Of a stretch of 64,000 nucleotides of DNA, positions 46,016 to 57,207 are shown piece by piece. The DNA lies in NCBI GenBank assembly GCA_946965045.2, contig OX337236.1, positions 1,302,001-1,366,000 on the forward strand, in the 5' to 3' direction. The position numbers and the translations under genes are program-made. This DNA comes from Epithemia pelagica. Its lineage: Eukaryota > Protista > Bacillariophyta. Position 1 is the first letter of the stretch, and each line of letters starts with the position of its first letter. The notes under the pieces were generated by a model, which ran no database searches, had not been told where the DNA came from, and saw nothing but the letters and a program-made list of their open reading frames with translations.

Positions 46016-46182
46016 TGCAATGTGAAACATGCTCTAATGCGAGACGTGCGCAGACCAGACCTGCACCTCGAACATGCGCAGACCTGCACTTCAGACATGC
46101 GTCAAACCCGTATCACGTCTCACACTTCACTTTAGACCTAAGCTCATAATGTTATCATCGACATCTTTAGCAAGCTACTGCA
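46016..46182 (+). repeat. 3' LTR (167 bp; 18-bp deletion relative to the other two LTR copies)
   Basis: Lacks TGCGCCTCAGACATGCGC within the 23-bp repeat region. Preceded by purine-rich GAGAGGCAGAA. Confidence 0.93.
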
Positions 46183-46834
46183 GCCATTGGCTTCTTGGGG
46201 GAACAGTACCCTTCGGGATGGAACGGCTGAGTTCAGTGATCACGCAAAACGCAACCAGAGTGTTGAGTGTTGAAGTTCTACCTGACTGTTTTACACTTTT
46301 AAGCTAAAATTAACAACTTTTAACTTTTTTCATGAAAGTCAAGTCAATTTCCAGCCGAGATCCCATGACTTTTCTCTTTTCTCAGTGAAATCAAGTTGGA
46401 CAGCACCACATTTTCAACTTTGACTTAACGTTTTTCATGAAGTCAAGTTCTGAACTATGACCTTCCAACGTCAGCGTGAGCTGCGACTTCTACCATTACT
46501 CGTATCTCGAATCGTGGAAGTCAATAATATCAGAAAACCGAAACAGCAAAGAGTGTGAAGGTTAGTTTAGTTTCCATCTATCAACCTAGGTTTTCGGAAG
46601 TATTCTACTTTCGTTCGCTAACGCGCCGGCCTGGTGTAGTCTAAACTCCCTCCACTCGCACCTGGTCGCTCGTATCAACCTCATCAGTAGTCAAGGTGTC
46701 GGTTGGGGTTAGTTCCTCTAGGTCGTTTTCGCCATGGACCACCACTGGAGGCGTGTCCTTTGGTGTGCTAAAGCCGAACCTAGCGCGGAGTCCTTCGATC
46801 CGTCGTTCTTGGTAGGTCATGGGGGGCACAGTAT

Positions 46835-47760
46835 CTAGGATACTGTGCTCCTCCCATCCAATCCTTGATCAAAGTCATCATTTGAGGTTGAAAGTCGAGC
46901 GGTAGGCGACTGGGAGGAGGTCCACGAGAAAAACGAGGTGTTTGACTGGGACGACGAGGTAGACACTGGGCGGCAGACTAAGACTCTTTCGTCGTTCGTC
47001 GACTCATCAGTGCTGGGGGCGTTGTTGTTGGGTGGGAACCGGTGAAACCGCGGTTTGTGGCGGCATGCTCCGTAGATTTCGTTGCATTTGTTGATTGCTA
47101 GGTTGGGGTGTTTGCTCGTGAATTTGAGGATTTCCAAGCGTTCTCGTGCGCAGAGTTTGCAGGACTTTGTCCCAAAGGTTTTTACAGTGGAAAGCGGTTT
47201 GCCTTGCCAAAGTATGTCCACTTTGAGTCGGACGTGGTTCTTGCTTTCCTTCTTCTCGGTTTCTCTGGGAATGAAACAGGCGAAGTGGCTAGCAAACGAA
47301 TCAGAGCTCTTGTTCTTGAGAACCAGTTGCTTCACGTCTTGGACATGTTGTTGGATCCTTTTCTTTACGTGTTGTTGAGTATTGCCAATGTACTGCTTAC
47401 CGGTTTTGAGGCAGGTGGCTTTATAGACCACGATGGAACGTCTGCAGAAGCCTCCGTAGGGGCAGGCTTCACGGTTCCGGCAGTTACAGTCCAGATCTTC
47501 AAAATCCAAGGATCGTAGTCCGTCATTTAACTTGGAGTTGAGATCTCCTTGAAAATGCTCCCGGATGTTGGTGAACCGGTGATAGGACATCGAGATCCTC
47601 AACCAGGACAACGACGGGAACCGGCTTTTGATTTCTTTGAGCGTCTTGTGGATTGGTTTTTTCCAAAAGTCGGAATACCCAATCTTGAAATAAATAGCTC
47701 GTTTGCGGTCTCTCTCGCGTCGTTTTTTGAGAGCTTGTGAAACAGTGTCCAGTTTTTCGT
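46835..47760 (-). mobile_element. 5'-truncated Penelope-like element fragment (GIY-YIG endonuclease)
   Basis: Frame extends upstream of the listed ORF (KNWTLFHKLSKK...IYFKIGYSDFWKKPIH...LSWLRISMSYHRF). CNCR...CPYGGFCRRSIVVYKATCLKTGKQYIGNTQQHVKKRIQQH...SDSFASHF...C.LC..ER is the PLE-type GIY-YIG. No RT domain. Boundaries approximate. Confidence 0.75.
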
Positions 47761-48912
47761 TATCCTAGTTTCTGACTTCTGACTTTAAGACGACTTTTCT
47801 TTCTTAAAAAGTAAAAAAGTCAATTTGCAGAACTTTTGTGGCAATTGAATTGGAACTCCATTGTTCCTTTTTCAAGAATTTGTTGAGTTTGTGTGTTCCA
47901 AGATCTCTAGTAGAGGTCGGTCCCGCAACAGCTCATCTCTGCTAGAGTGCGCTGGAGAGGTCTCTGCTGGAACTAGGTATGCGCATCCGCTGGAGATAAG
48001 ACTACCTGTGCTACCATGATAAAAATGCCTAGCTAGGGGAGTACTCCTAGTAACTAGAGCACTTATCTTGGTGAGAGCTTTCCTTTCCAGTGGTGGAATA
48101 GTTGCTTGGTCTCCAGCAGAATCTTTTTGTTTTGTTGCCATGTCAATATTATCTCCTTTCAAGAATACACTGATAGGTGTCCTCTTACAGAACCTTCATT
48201 TTGGGGGTGTGCTTTGGACTGCTATCCATATTGCACTCTTCCACAGTTGAAGAGTCATCATTGTTATTGCAATCAGACACTTTGGAAGGCTGTGTAAAGC
48301 AAATGAATGATACAGAGTGACCAGTATGAAACAAACAAATGAGAAAGGATAAAAGTGACCAGTGCAGAGAAAAGAGTACGGTGACTAACGTATACACGCA
48401 ACAGAAAATCTTTGCTGGGGATTCTCTAGCGCTGGATCTCCAGCGCTGAAGATGCGTGACTGCTTACTGCTTACCGCAGAACCAAGAACTGACTTCAAAG
48501 TTAAAAGCTGAGTTGACTTCATTTATGGGCTGCCAACCCGTAATTTGCAAATTCCTGACCCCCCATAGCCCTGGACCCCCCATTTAACTTCAGCGTACAT
48601 CGCTCCTTCAATTTTTATCTGTAGGCTCTTGACCAACTATAGGGTTACCCCCACATTCCTCACTCCTCACGTTCAAGCCTTTCTATCGCAATGGCTCACA
48701 TCTCACATAAGACGGGAGAGAATCAAAGAGGAGAAACAAGAGATACCACATGATGGATATTGTAATTAGGGTTAAGGCTGCGCTTCGAAGCATAGCCTTT
48801 CTGGATTCTAGTTCATCCAACCCTTCTTTACACCCCCGATGCTGAACATGAACGTTACTATGAAATTTAATGATTGAAAATTGCCGGCCCCCAAAGTCGA
48901 TTGTTTTGCTTT

Positions 48913-49496
48913 GGATGATGGGCAGACGACTATGTCATTCATGACTGAATCCAAGACTCAGATCCAATTTGCGATGGATACTCCAATGGAGTCGACTTGG
49001 ACTCCAGAGATACTAGGGGTAGCTATGATGGCAACCAAACTGGAGTCGACATGGATTCTACTTGATGCAATCAAGTACTCCTAGGAACCTAATAGATGCG
49101 TGGGACCTATTGTACTCAATCCTAGCTACCAAGAGATTGCTGCTTTCCTACCAAAACCAATTGGTGACAGAATCACCAGCATTTAGGTCCGGATCTACTC
49201 CTACCTCTTCTGAGTGTAGCTAGCGGTCTACTAGATAGCATAGCTACTCACTTCTCATACAACCACCCGAATGTGATTCGGATGATGGGCAGACGACTAT
49301 GTCATTCATGACTGAATCCAAGACTCAGATCCAATTTGCGATGGATACTCCAATGGAGTCGACTTGGACTCCAGAGATACTAGGGGTAGCTATGATGGCA
49401 ACCAAACTGGAGTCGACATGGATTATACTTGATGCAATCAAGTACTCCTAGGAACCTAATAGATGCGTGGGACCTATTGTACTCAATCCTAGCTAC
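48913..49496. repeat. 217-bp direct repeat pair (48913-49129 and 49280-49496) separated by 150 bp
   Basis: Copies are 367 bp apart. One mismatch noticed (ATTCTACTT vs ATTATACTT). Confidence 0.9.
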
Positions 49497-49556
49497 TGAG
49501 AGATAGCACAACTATGTTTGGCTAGGTGTTAGTGACATAGCTGCTACTCTCACTAG

Positions 49557-50183
49557 TGCCGCGCCGGGTGAGGCGGCCAAAACCTCGAAAATAGCGGCCA
49601 AATGACCATGATGGACATCTAGCGTAACTCACTCAATATAGGACGCCCATGCCCCAATATCGAGCGACGTCTTCTTCAAACAATGCTCTCGGCCCCTGCG
49701 GGCCACTTTTGCTATAGCGGCCATGGTTATCGAGTTCTAACTCACCATTGTAGGGTCATTTTTTTTTGTCCACGTAATGGCCGCTAGATTGCCCTTTGGC
49801 CGCTACATTGATGGTACTATAAGTCGACCACTACGTGCCCTACCATCAAATGGTGCCTACGATGTGTCTATCGTAGTGTAAGGAAGAGCACTTTCAGGTC
49901 ATATGGGCTATCGGTGGGCGTGATAGCGCAAACAAACCCCTGCTCGATTTGGCTCGTTTTTGTTGGAACGAGATTTTCATCCGTAACTCGATGTACTGCC
50001 GAAGCTCCAATATGGTAGTTCTACAGTTCATACTTGAAGGGCTTTTACTTTAGGGTCTACCTTCGTGAAACCAACTATCATAACTATCGTAGGTGCCATG
50101 GTTATCGCAAAATAGTCGTCCATCGATGAGAATTTTCATCTCTCGCGACACGAACCACAATCGATCCTCATCGTCAGTTTCCG
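49557..50183 (+). repeat. Left long terminal inverted repeat (unique part)
   Basis: Reverse complement of about 63247-63875, with a few substitutions and small indels. Confidence 0.95.
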
Positions 50184-52030
50184 CTACTCGTCTCGTTCAA
50201 TCTTGATTCTCTGCCCCTCCTACTTTGTAGCATTTTAGTTTAGGACCTACTTGAGCGTAACGAGGTATCAGATTGACCGTAGGCGCCATGGTCATTGAGA
50301 ATGGGCCATCCATTGATGGAGGCATTTTTCTCGATGTAGCACGTAGCACACAACATTTCGAGACCGAAGGACGTTGCTAATCGTCTCGTTCAATATTGAC
50401 TCGCTTGCCTTCCTACTTTGTAGCATTTTAGTTTAGAACCTACTTGAGCGTAACGAGGTATCAGATTGACCGTAGGCGCCATGGTCATTGAGAAGGTGCC
50501 ATCCATTGATGGAGGCAATTTTCTCGATGTAGCACGTAGCACACAACATTTCGAGACCGAAGGACGTTGCTACTCGTCTCGTTCAATATTGACTCGCTTG
50601 CCTTCCTACTTTGTAGCATTTTAGTTTAGGACATACTTGAGCGTAACGAGGTATCAGATTGACCGTAGGTGCCATGGTCATTGAGAATGGGCCATCCATT
50701 GATGGAGGCATTTTTCTCGATGTAGCACGTAGCACACAACATTTCGAGACCGAAGGACGTTGCTAATCGTCTCGTTCAAAATTGACTCGCTTGCCCTCCT
50801 ACTTTGTAGCATTTTAGTTTAGGACATACTTGAGCGTACCCAAGTCTCAGATTGACCGTAGGCGCCATGGTTATTGAGAAGGTGCCATCCATTGATGGAG
50901 GCATTTTTCCCGATGTAGCACGTAGCACACAACATTTCGAGACCGAAGGACGTTGCTAATCGTCTCGTTTAATATTGACTCGCTTGCCTTCCTACTTTGT
51001 AGCTTTTTAGTTTAGAATTTACTTGAGCGTACCCAAGTCTCAGATTGACCGTAGGCGCCATGGTTATTGAGAATGGGCCATCCATTGATGGAGGCATTTT
51101 TCCCGATGTAGCACGTAGCACACAACATTTCGAGACCGAAGGACGTTGCTACTCGTCTCGTTCCATATTGACTCTCTGCCCCTCCTACTTTGTCGCGTTT
51201 TAGTTTAGAACCTACTTGAGCGTAACGAGGTATCAGATTGACCGTAGGCGCCATGGTCATTGAGAAGGTGCCATCCATTGATGGAGGCATTTTTCTCGAT
51301 GTAGCACGTCGCACACAACATTTCGAGACCGAAGGACGTTACTACTCGTCTCGTTCAATATTGACTCGCTTGCCTTCCTACTTTGTAGCATTTTAGTTTA
51401 GAACCTACTTGAGCGTAACGAGGTATCAGATTGACCGTAGGCGCCATGGTCATTGAGAAGGTGCCATCCATTGATGGAGGCATTTTTCCCGATGTAGCAC
51501 GTAGCACACAACATTTCGAGACCGAAGGACGTTGCTAATCGTCTCGTTCAAAATTGACTCGCTGCCCCTCCTGCTTTGTAGCATTTTAGTTTAGAACCTA
51601 CTTGAGCGTAACGAGGTATCAGATTGACCGTAGGCGCCATGGTCATTGAGAATGGGCCATCCATTGATGGAGGCATTTTTCCCGATGTAGCACGTAGCAC
51701 ACAACATTTCGAGACCGAAGGACGTTGCTACTCGTCTCGTTCCATATTGACTCTCTGCCCCTCCTACTTTGTAGCATTTTAGTTTAGAACCTACTTGATC
51801 GTAACGAGGTATCAGATTGACCGTAGGCGCCATGGTCATTGAGAAGGTGCCATCCATTGATGGAGGCATTTTTTTCTCGATGTAGCACGTTGCACACAAC
51901 ATTTCGAGACCGAAGGACGTTGCGATTTGCTCCTTCAATTTGGACTCGCTGCCCCTCCTACTTTGTAGCATTTTAGTTTAGGACATACTTGAGCGTACCC
52001 AGGTCTCAGATTGACCGTAGGTGCCATGGT
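50184..52030 (-). repeat. Left subterminal tandem array, 193-bp unit, about 9.6 copies
   Basis: Marker CATTTCGAGACCGAAGG recurs at 50354, 50547, 50740 ... 51900 (period 193; last interval 195). Confidence 0.95.
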
Positions 52031-52195
52031 GTTTATTATCCTAGTAGCGACCATCAACGGAAGTGGTGTTTCCATTTGGTAGTTTGCCCTTTGAATCCGT
52101 AAGTTTCTATGACTTCTGTATGACTTCTGAGTGATGATTCAAGGAAGTTGAAGAATAGTCAATGCTATTTTGATTTATATCTAGTTCAACGTTGT

Positions 52196-52717
52196 TTAGG
52201 ACTGCATGTAGTTGTCGTAAAGATTCTCGCAGTCATCTTGTTGGGTCTCGGCAAAGTCGAAAGAAAGATCGCTATCAACAGCAGTTCCACGGGAGGATAC
52301 AGTCTGAGCACTACGCATCGAGATGCTGCTCATGATTGAGAAACGTGATGCAGGCTTTTCGATCTCCTCGTTGACTGGGCTAAGGTCGTCGGCAAACTTG
52401 ATTTTCAGGTGGCGTACTGGAGTCTTGTCTCCACCATTCAATCCTTCTTCCTCTAAATTGTCGCGAATCTTGGTGATTGATTCTTGAACGGTTCCAAGAA
52501 CAACTACGGTTTTGTCCCCACATTCTTGATCCAATCCTTCCGAGAGCAATTCTGCCTTTCCAATGGTTGCTGTCTCTGCCTTGATTTTTGTTTTCTTGAG
52601 GGCACCTTGTTCAGTTGGGCGCACGGCAGATTTTGACACACTGGTTCGAACAACACTTGTGTGTGTGCGGTTTTGAAGGCGCGCACTAACACGGCGCTTG
52701 TCGATATAGAGTGACAT
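52196..52717 (-). CDS. Unknown ORF inside the piggyBac-like element
   Basis: 173-codon ATG-initiated ORF, S/T/K/E-rich; no family recognised. Confidence 0.4.
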   Translation of the reverse strand: MSLYIDKRRVSARLQNRTHTSVVRTSVSKSAVRPTEQGALKKTKIKAETATIGKAELLSEGLDQECGDKTVVVLGTVQESITKIRDNLEEEGLNGGDKTPVRHLKIKFADDLSPVNEEIEKPASRFSIMSSISMRSAQTVSSRGTAVDSDLSFDFAETQQDDCENLYDNYMQS

Positions 52718-53195
52718 TGTGTTGTTGCTTTTGTTGTTGTAGTTGCAGTTGTTCTTGATGTGTTTCTCGTTGACGCCGTTTTATGAAGGTCGCTGTCGGC
52801 TCTGTCTCTCGTTGATGTTTGATTGATGTGACGTCTCACCATAAAATCGGATCTCGTATGGGAAGCCGGCTTGCGGCTCAACGCTCAACGGAAGAAAATT
52901 TTCTTAAGTAACTTGTCACACTTTCGTAATTGCTCCCGAGTGGCAATAGTAGGAAGTCCCCAACCGTTCCCCCAAATCAAATGAAGTTTACTACATGTCG
53001 TCTGAGAAATCGATTTTACGACGTAAGAGCTTTTCCGAAGGAGAGGAGAGAATCGATAGGCCACCTGAATGAAGTGCTCACCTGAGGAAAGAGCTTTTGT
53101 TTGCAAATCAAAACGAGCGTAGAAGTAAGTGGTTCCGCGGCATCTTAATCATTGCTTACAATGGTGGCAATAACCTCGACTCATTGATTCTCTCT

Positions 53196-53756
53196 ATGCT
53201 TAGGACGGATCGAAGTACAATGTCCGAACACGAGAATGAATCGCGCAATCGGATTCTCCTTCCTAACGGCTTTCACCTCGTACAAGATACGGGGAGCAAC
53301 ATCGAGCTCCAAGGAAGCCGCTTAACCATCTACGGTGAAGCGGGTGTGAACGTACACCTTCAAGACGCCACTCTCGGGGAGAAAGGAGAAAAGGGGACAC
53401 TTGTTGTGGATCGAGGCGTGATTCTTTTACAGCGCTCCAGGTATGGTACCAACGGTGGAATGCTATCAATTTGCGCGTTTGGCCGTGACAAGAAGGACGA
53501 TTCGATGCCTGACATCGTCATCCCAGTCGGATCGGTTCACAACAAAATTCGCTCCAAGAAGTTCCGTTCCAAAAATGGGTCCCTTGTCAAAGGAGAACTC
53601 ACCATTGAGACCTCTCACTCCTTGGATACCAAGGTGACAATGGGACCCATGATCATTACTGTGCGAATGAGTCTTACTGGGATGAATGCATTCATGTCGC
53701 TCTATGACAAAGCAACGGAGACGTGGCCCAACCAGGAAAGTGTTAAAATCACGTAA
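53196..53756 (+). CDS. Unknown beta-rich ORF inside the piggyBac-like element
   Basis: Part of ORF 53097..53756, with first ATGs near 53196 and 53220. Alternating hydrophobic pattern ending in a likely helix; no confident family. Confidence 0.5.
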   Translation: MLRTDRSTMSEHENESRNRILLPNGFHLVQDTGSNIELQGSRLTIYGEAGVNVHLQDATLGEKGEKGTLVVDRGVILLQRSRYGTNGGMLSICAFGRDKKDDSMPDIVIPVGSVHNKIRSKKFRSKNGSLVKGELTIETSHSLDTKVTMGPMIITVRMSLTGMNAFMSLYDKATETWPNQESVKIT

Positions 53757-53871
53757 GCGGGTAACAAATGATAGTTAGTATTCTTATTCATGGTGGTTTC
53801 CTAATTTCATAATATGTAGAGAGGCGCAAACATGTAGAATGAGTGTAGTTCTTGTGCACACAGAAGTTTCA

Positions 53872-56800
53872 TTAAGTCGCATTTCCTCCTTTCGCCGCAG
53901 CAAAGTTCATGGCGTGCTGCTCGATACAAGTTCGTTGTTTCCCATATCGAATGCCCACAGATGGCTTGCACACTGGTGTTCCCACGTAGGTTATCGAGCG
54001 CCAAGTCTTGGTGAACATGCGGCATTGTGGATGGCCACACATGGCTCGCGTGTCATTCTTACAAATAACACATTTACGCTTCATGCCTCTTTGGTCTGAT
54101 GAAGAAACGTTGTCCTGTTCAACAACGCTGTGACAAACGACCGAATCAATTGTAAGCTCAGAAAATACGGACGCGGGTGATATACTGCTTGAACAGGTAT
54201 GGCCAACACTTGATGGCACAGTTACGGAGGCATCCGTACACACCGAAAGGTTGTTTGTCACTGGCAAGCTTTCAAGCACACCCGCTCTTCGTTCAACTGA
54301 ACTGCGTTCGGAATATGGATTGTTGATTAAGTCATAAGCCAGCATATCCGCAAAGTCGTGGATTGAGGTATTCAGGAAAGGTTCCACTTGCATGTGAAAA
54401 CGCAGTGCAAGATAACAATCAACCACCGTCATACCGAAGACTGTCGTCACAATCCGAAACCACCGATTTTTAGTTAACCATAGTTCTTCGAGGCGTAGAA
54501 GACCCTGACGGATGTGATTGTGCCGGTCAATTGCATTGGCGTGCCGAAAGTATTTTGAAATACAGTCGGGACGCTCGACTCTCCGCTGCTTGATATTTCC
54601 AAACACATCTGTGAAGCGAGCAATGTATGGTGCGCCCGGTTGAGTATGCCCGGCATCTTTGGTCATGACAAAGAGAAGAACCTTCCTTGTATTGTACTTG
54701 TACCCAACCGCTACGAGCTTCACTCCAGTGACAGGGGCAGTACACTCCATGACAAGGTAGGCTCCGGATGGAAAAGACTTCATCTGCTTCTCGATCTGTT
54801 TCTTGGGAAACCATGAGTGCGCTGTCTTCACAGCACCAATGAACTCATGTCCATCCGTGTTCAGCCCTTTCTCTTTGTCCACGTAGAACGGAAAGGAAGT
54901 GCGATTGCGTCGATCGTCCTGTTCCCTCCACGAACACTTGAGGCATTCAGCGACCTGGACACTTCCAAACCAGGAGTCGCCTAAATACAGGTAGCGCTTG
55001 GAGGCCTTTCCAGCTTCGTGGCGTGCGCTTGACAGCTGTCCACTGTATTGTGAACCTTCGACAAGCCGCAGTGTGCAGCCGCCCGATGGACCAGACTTCG
55101 CGACAAACTTCTTACGCCGCATTGGGACTCTTCCTTCTTGGATTTCAAGATGGGTCAGACACCCTGTCGTGGTGTCGGCGACCACCTGTGAATGAAATAA
55201 GGTAGTAAGGTCAGACACATTAAGTCTTCAAAACATTGTCTGTCTGGTGTTAGCTTACCTTGAACTCCGTCCCAAGAGGTTTGGGCTTGCGGGCAATAAA
55301 TGAGATATGCGGCAACAAAGATTGCTTGGTCGTTCGTGGTCGAAACGCACTCATCGACTCGTCAAGCACTTGAACCACGGACGACGCAATTATTTGTCGG
55401 CGGTTCTCATTGAACCTATCAATCAGGGGACGGATTTCATTCCATTTGTCATTCGGATCCGTCCCCCTGAAGGCATGATAGAGATGCGTCTTAATGTCGT
55501 TGAACCTACTCTCTGCCATGATGTTTTCGCCTTTCGTTCCAAAATTTACATGTGGTGATAACCGACGAGTGCTAGGATCCTGGAAAAGAGCCTTTCCTCC
55601 TACACCAAGGGGACTTGCCGCGACGATAATCCCCCAAACTTTCCACCACTCGCCTTCCGTAACCATTCGAATTTTCTTCTTTGTATCACGCTTTTGATTC
55701 AATCGATCTAAACTAAGATTAAGGACTCTCAACTGATTTTGCCAGTTCCCTGTACAGAGGCCGATTGCAAGAAAGTGAGACTGTTGAACTTCTGCGATGT
55801 AGAAACAAAGAGTAGTGCTGACTTACCTGGCCAGAAGTGCATCAACAAGTCAAGAAATGGAAAGGAGTATTTTTCATTCTCGTGGCTTATTTCACTTTTA
55901 CTCATCCTTTTGCCGAAGTTGTAGCCAACGATTGCATTCTTCTCATAGTCCGACACTTGATGATCCGGCGATGAATCCTCGACTATCTTCCACTCAAATC
56001 TTCTTTTGTCCTCTTTCCTTCGTAGCTGTTGACCCGTTAAATCGGTCGTTGGCTCACTCTCTCCGTCAAAAAGCACAGTCCATAGGTTTCCTTTTGCCAC
56101 TGGATTCTTCTTCCCGTCGACAACTGTTCCCCATTGAGCATTGTTGCCATTCTTGTGAACTCGATCTCCAATGTCGATTCCTTTTTTCTTGGGAGGCTTG
56201 ACGACTACGGTCCAGTTGCTTTCAATAAGATGGTCTTTGGTAAGCTTGTATTGCTCCATTTTATGCCTGTGACGATCTTCGTCTCTTTCAACCAAAGCCC
56301 CGAAAGCCAATTGGCGTGCTTGTGCTTGTTCTTGTTCAGCTCCGTCATCCTCGTCATCATAGACAAGTTCCACGGGTACATCTTCTTCGAGTTCTTCATC
56401 GGCAGCTGCATCTTCATCCTGATCTTCATGTTCGTTGTCACTATCTTCATCATCATTTTGCCTGGTCGTTGGTGGGTTGTTCTGATTGTTCGGAGGTGCA
56501 TCTTGACCTTGAGCGTTGTCCAGGATCGCCGCTTGTGCCAAAACTTCAATTTCTTCATCGTCGCTTACATCTGTTAATATCACTCCACCAACAGTGCGAG
56601 GAGCCTCTGAAGTCGTTGTCGTTGCTGCGGTCGTTGCAGTGGTCGTTGCAGTGGTCGTTGCCGTGGTCGTTGGTGCAGCAGTCGTTGTCATTACCGATTG
56701 CATTGGTGTGGTTGTTCCTGCTGTCGATGCCGCTGCCGTCGGCCTTGCTGTCGTCTCGACTGGGGTGTTCGTTGTCGTTGTCGCGCTCGTTGTCGCGCTC

Positions 56801-57207
56801 GTTGTCGCGCTCGTTGTCGCGCTCGTTGTCGTTGTCGTGGTTGCCGTTGGCATTGACGTGGATGTTGCTGTCCTCGATGCCGTTGTCATTGTCCTTGCTA
56901 CGGTTTCGGCTGGAACTGGAGTATTTGATACTGTGGTTGTTGTTGAGATCGTAGGTCGAGGTCCGGTTGCTGCAACTGGATCTGGTTGTCCAGGAAAACC
57001 TTCATCTTGCTTGGGGAATCGAAGCTGTGGGGAAGAGCGTTCATTTCTTAGCTCTGTTAGATTTCCTCTTTCGTCCACTCCAGCGACCATCCACTTATGA
57101 AATTCGACTGCTTCAACAATAATGCATGGGATGTCTCCACGCCTCATGAAACATCTCGATCCAATCCCCAAACCACATGATTTAGGCCTCGGCGGCAGTG
57201 GTTCCAT
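53872..57207 (-). CDS. piggyBac-like (DDE_Tnp_1_7/PGBD-type) transposase, 3 exons, 1061 aa, apparently intact
   Basis: Exons 57207-55827, 55749-55259 and 55185-53872 sum to 3186 nt. GT-AG introns 55826-55750 and 55258-55186 give joins FWP-GNWQNQL and GTEFK|VVADTTTG. Catalytic triad VLDES / LGDSWF / AIDRHN, plus RKPKPLG and a C-terminal Cys-rich CVIC..C...C tail. Confidence 0.9.

Larger units (their letters stand above)
40393..46182 (+). mobile_element. Ty3/Gypsy LTR retrotransposon, rearranged and defective
   Basis: LTRs TGCAATG...CTACTGCA at 40393-40577 and 46016-46182. 5-bp TSD GCCAT (40388-40392; 46183-46187). Domain order is gag-PR-RT-RH-INT. Confidence 0.95.

Noticed and set aside
37440-46330. 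Candidate Harbinger TIR (CTGTAAAACA at about 37471 vs TGTTTTACAC at about 46282)
   Set aside because: The match is only 9 bp, does not extend and has no convincing TAA/TTA TSD, so the termini are left unresolved.
46660-46690. Second CTGATGAG motif with a stem on the minus strand
   Set aside because: The stem (GGTTG/CGACC) is not followed by GAAA, so it is not a hammerhead core.
47872-48400. Short ORFs between the Penelope-like fragment and the direct repeat
   Set aside because: They are under 100 aa with no motifs and are likely decayed TE or gene debris.
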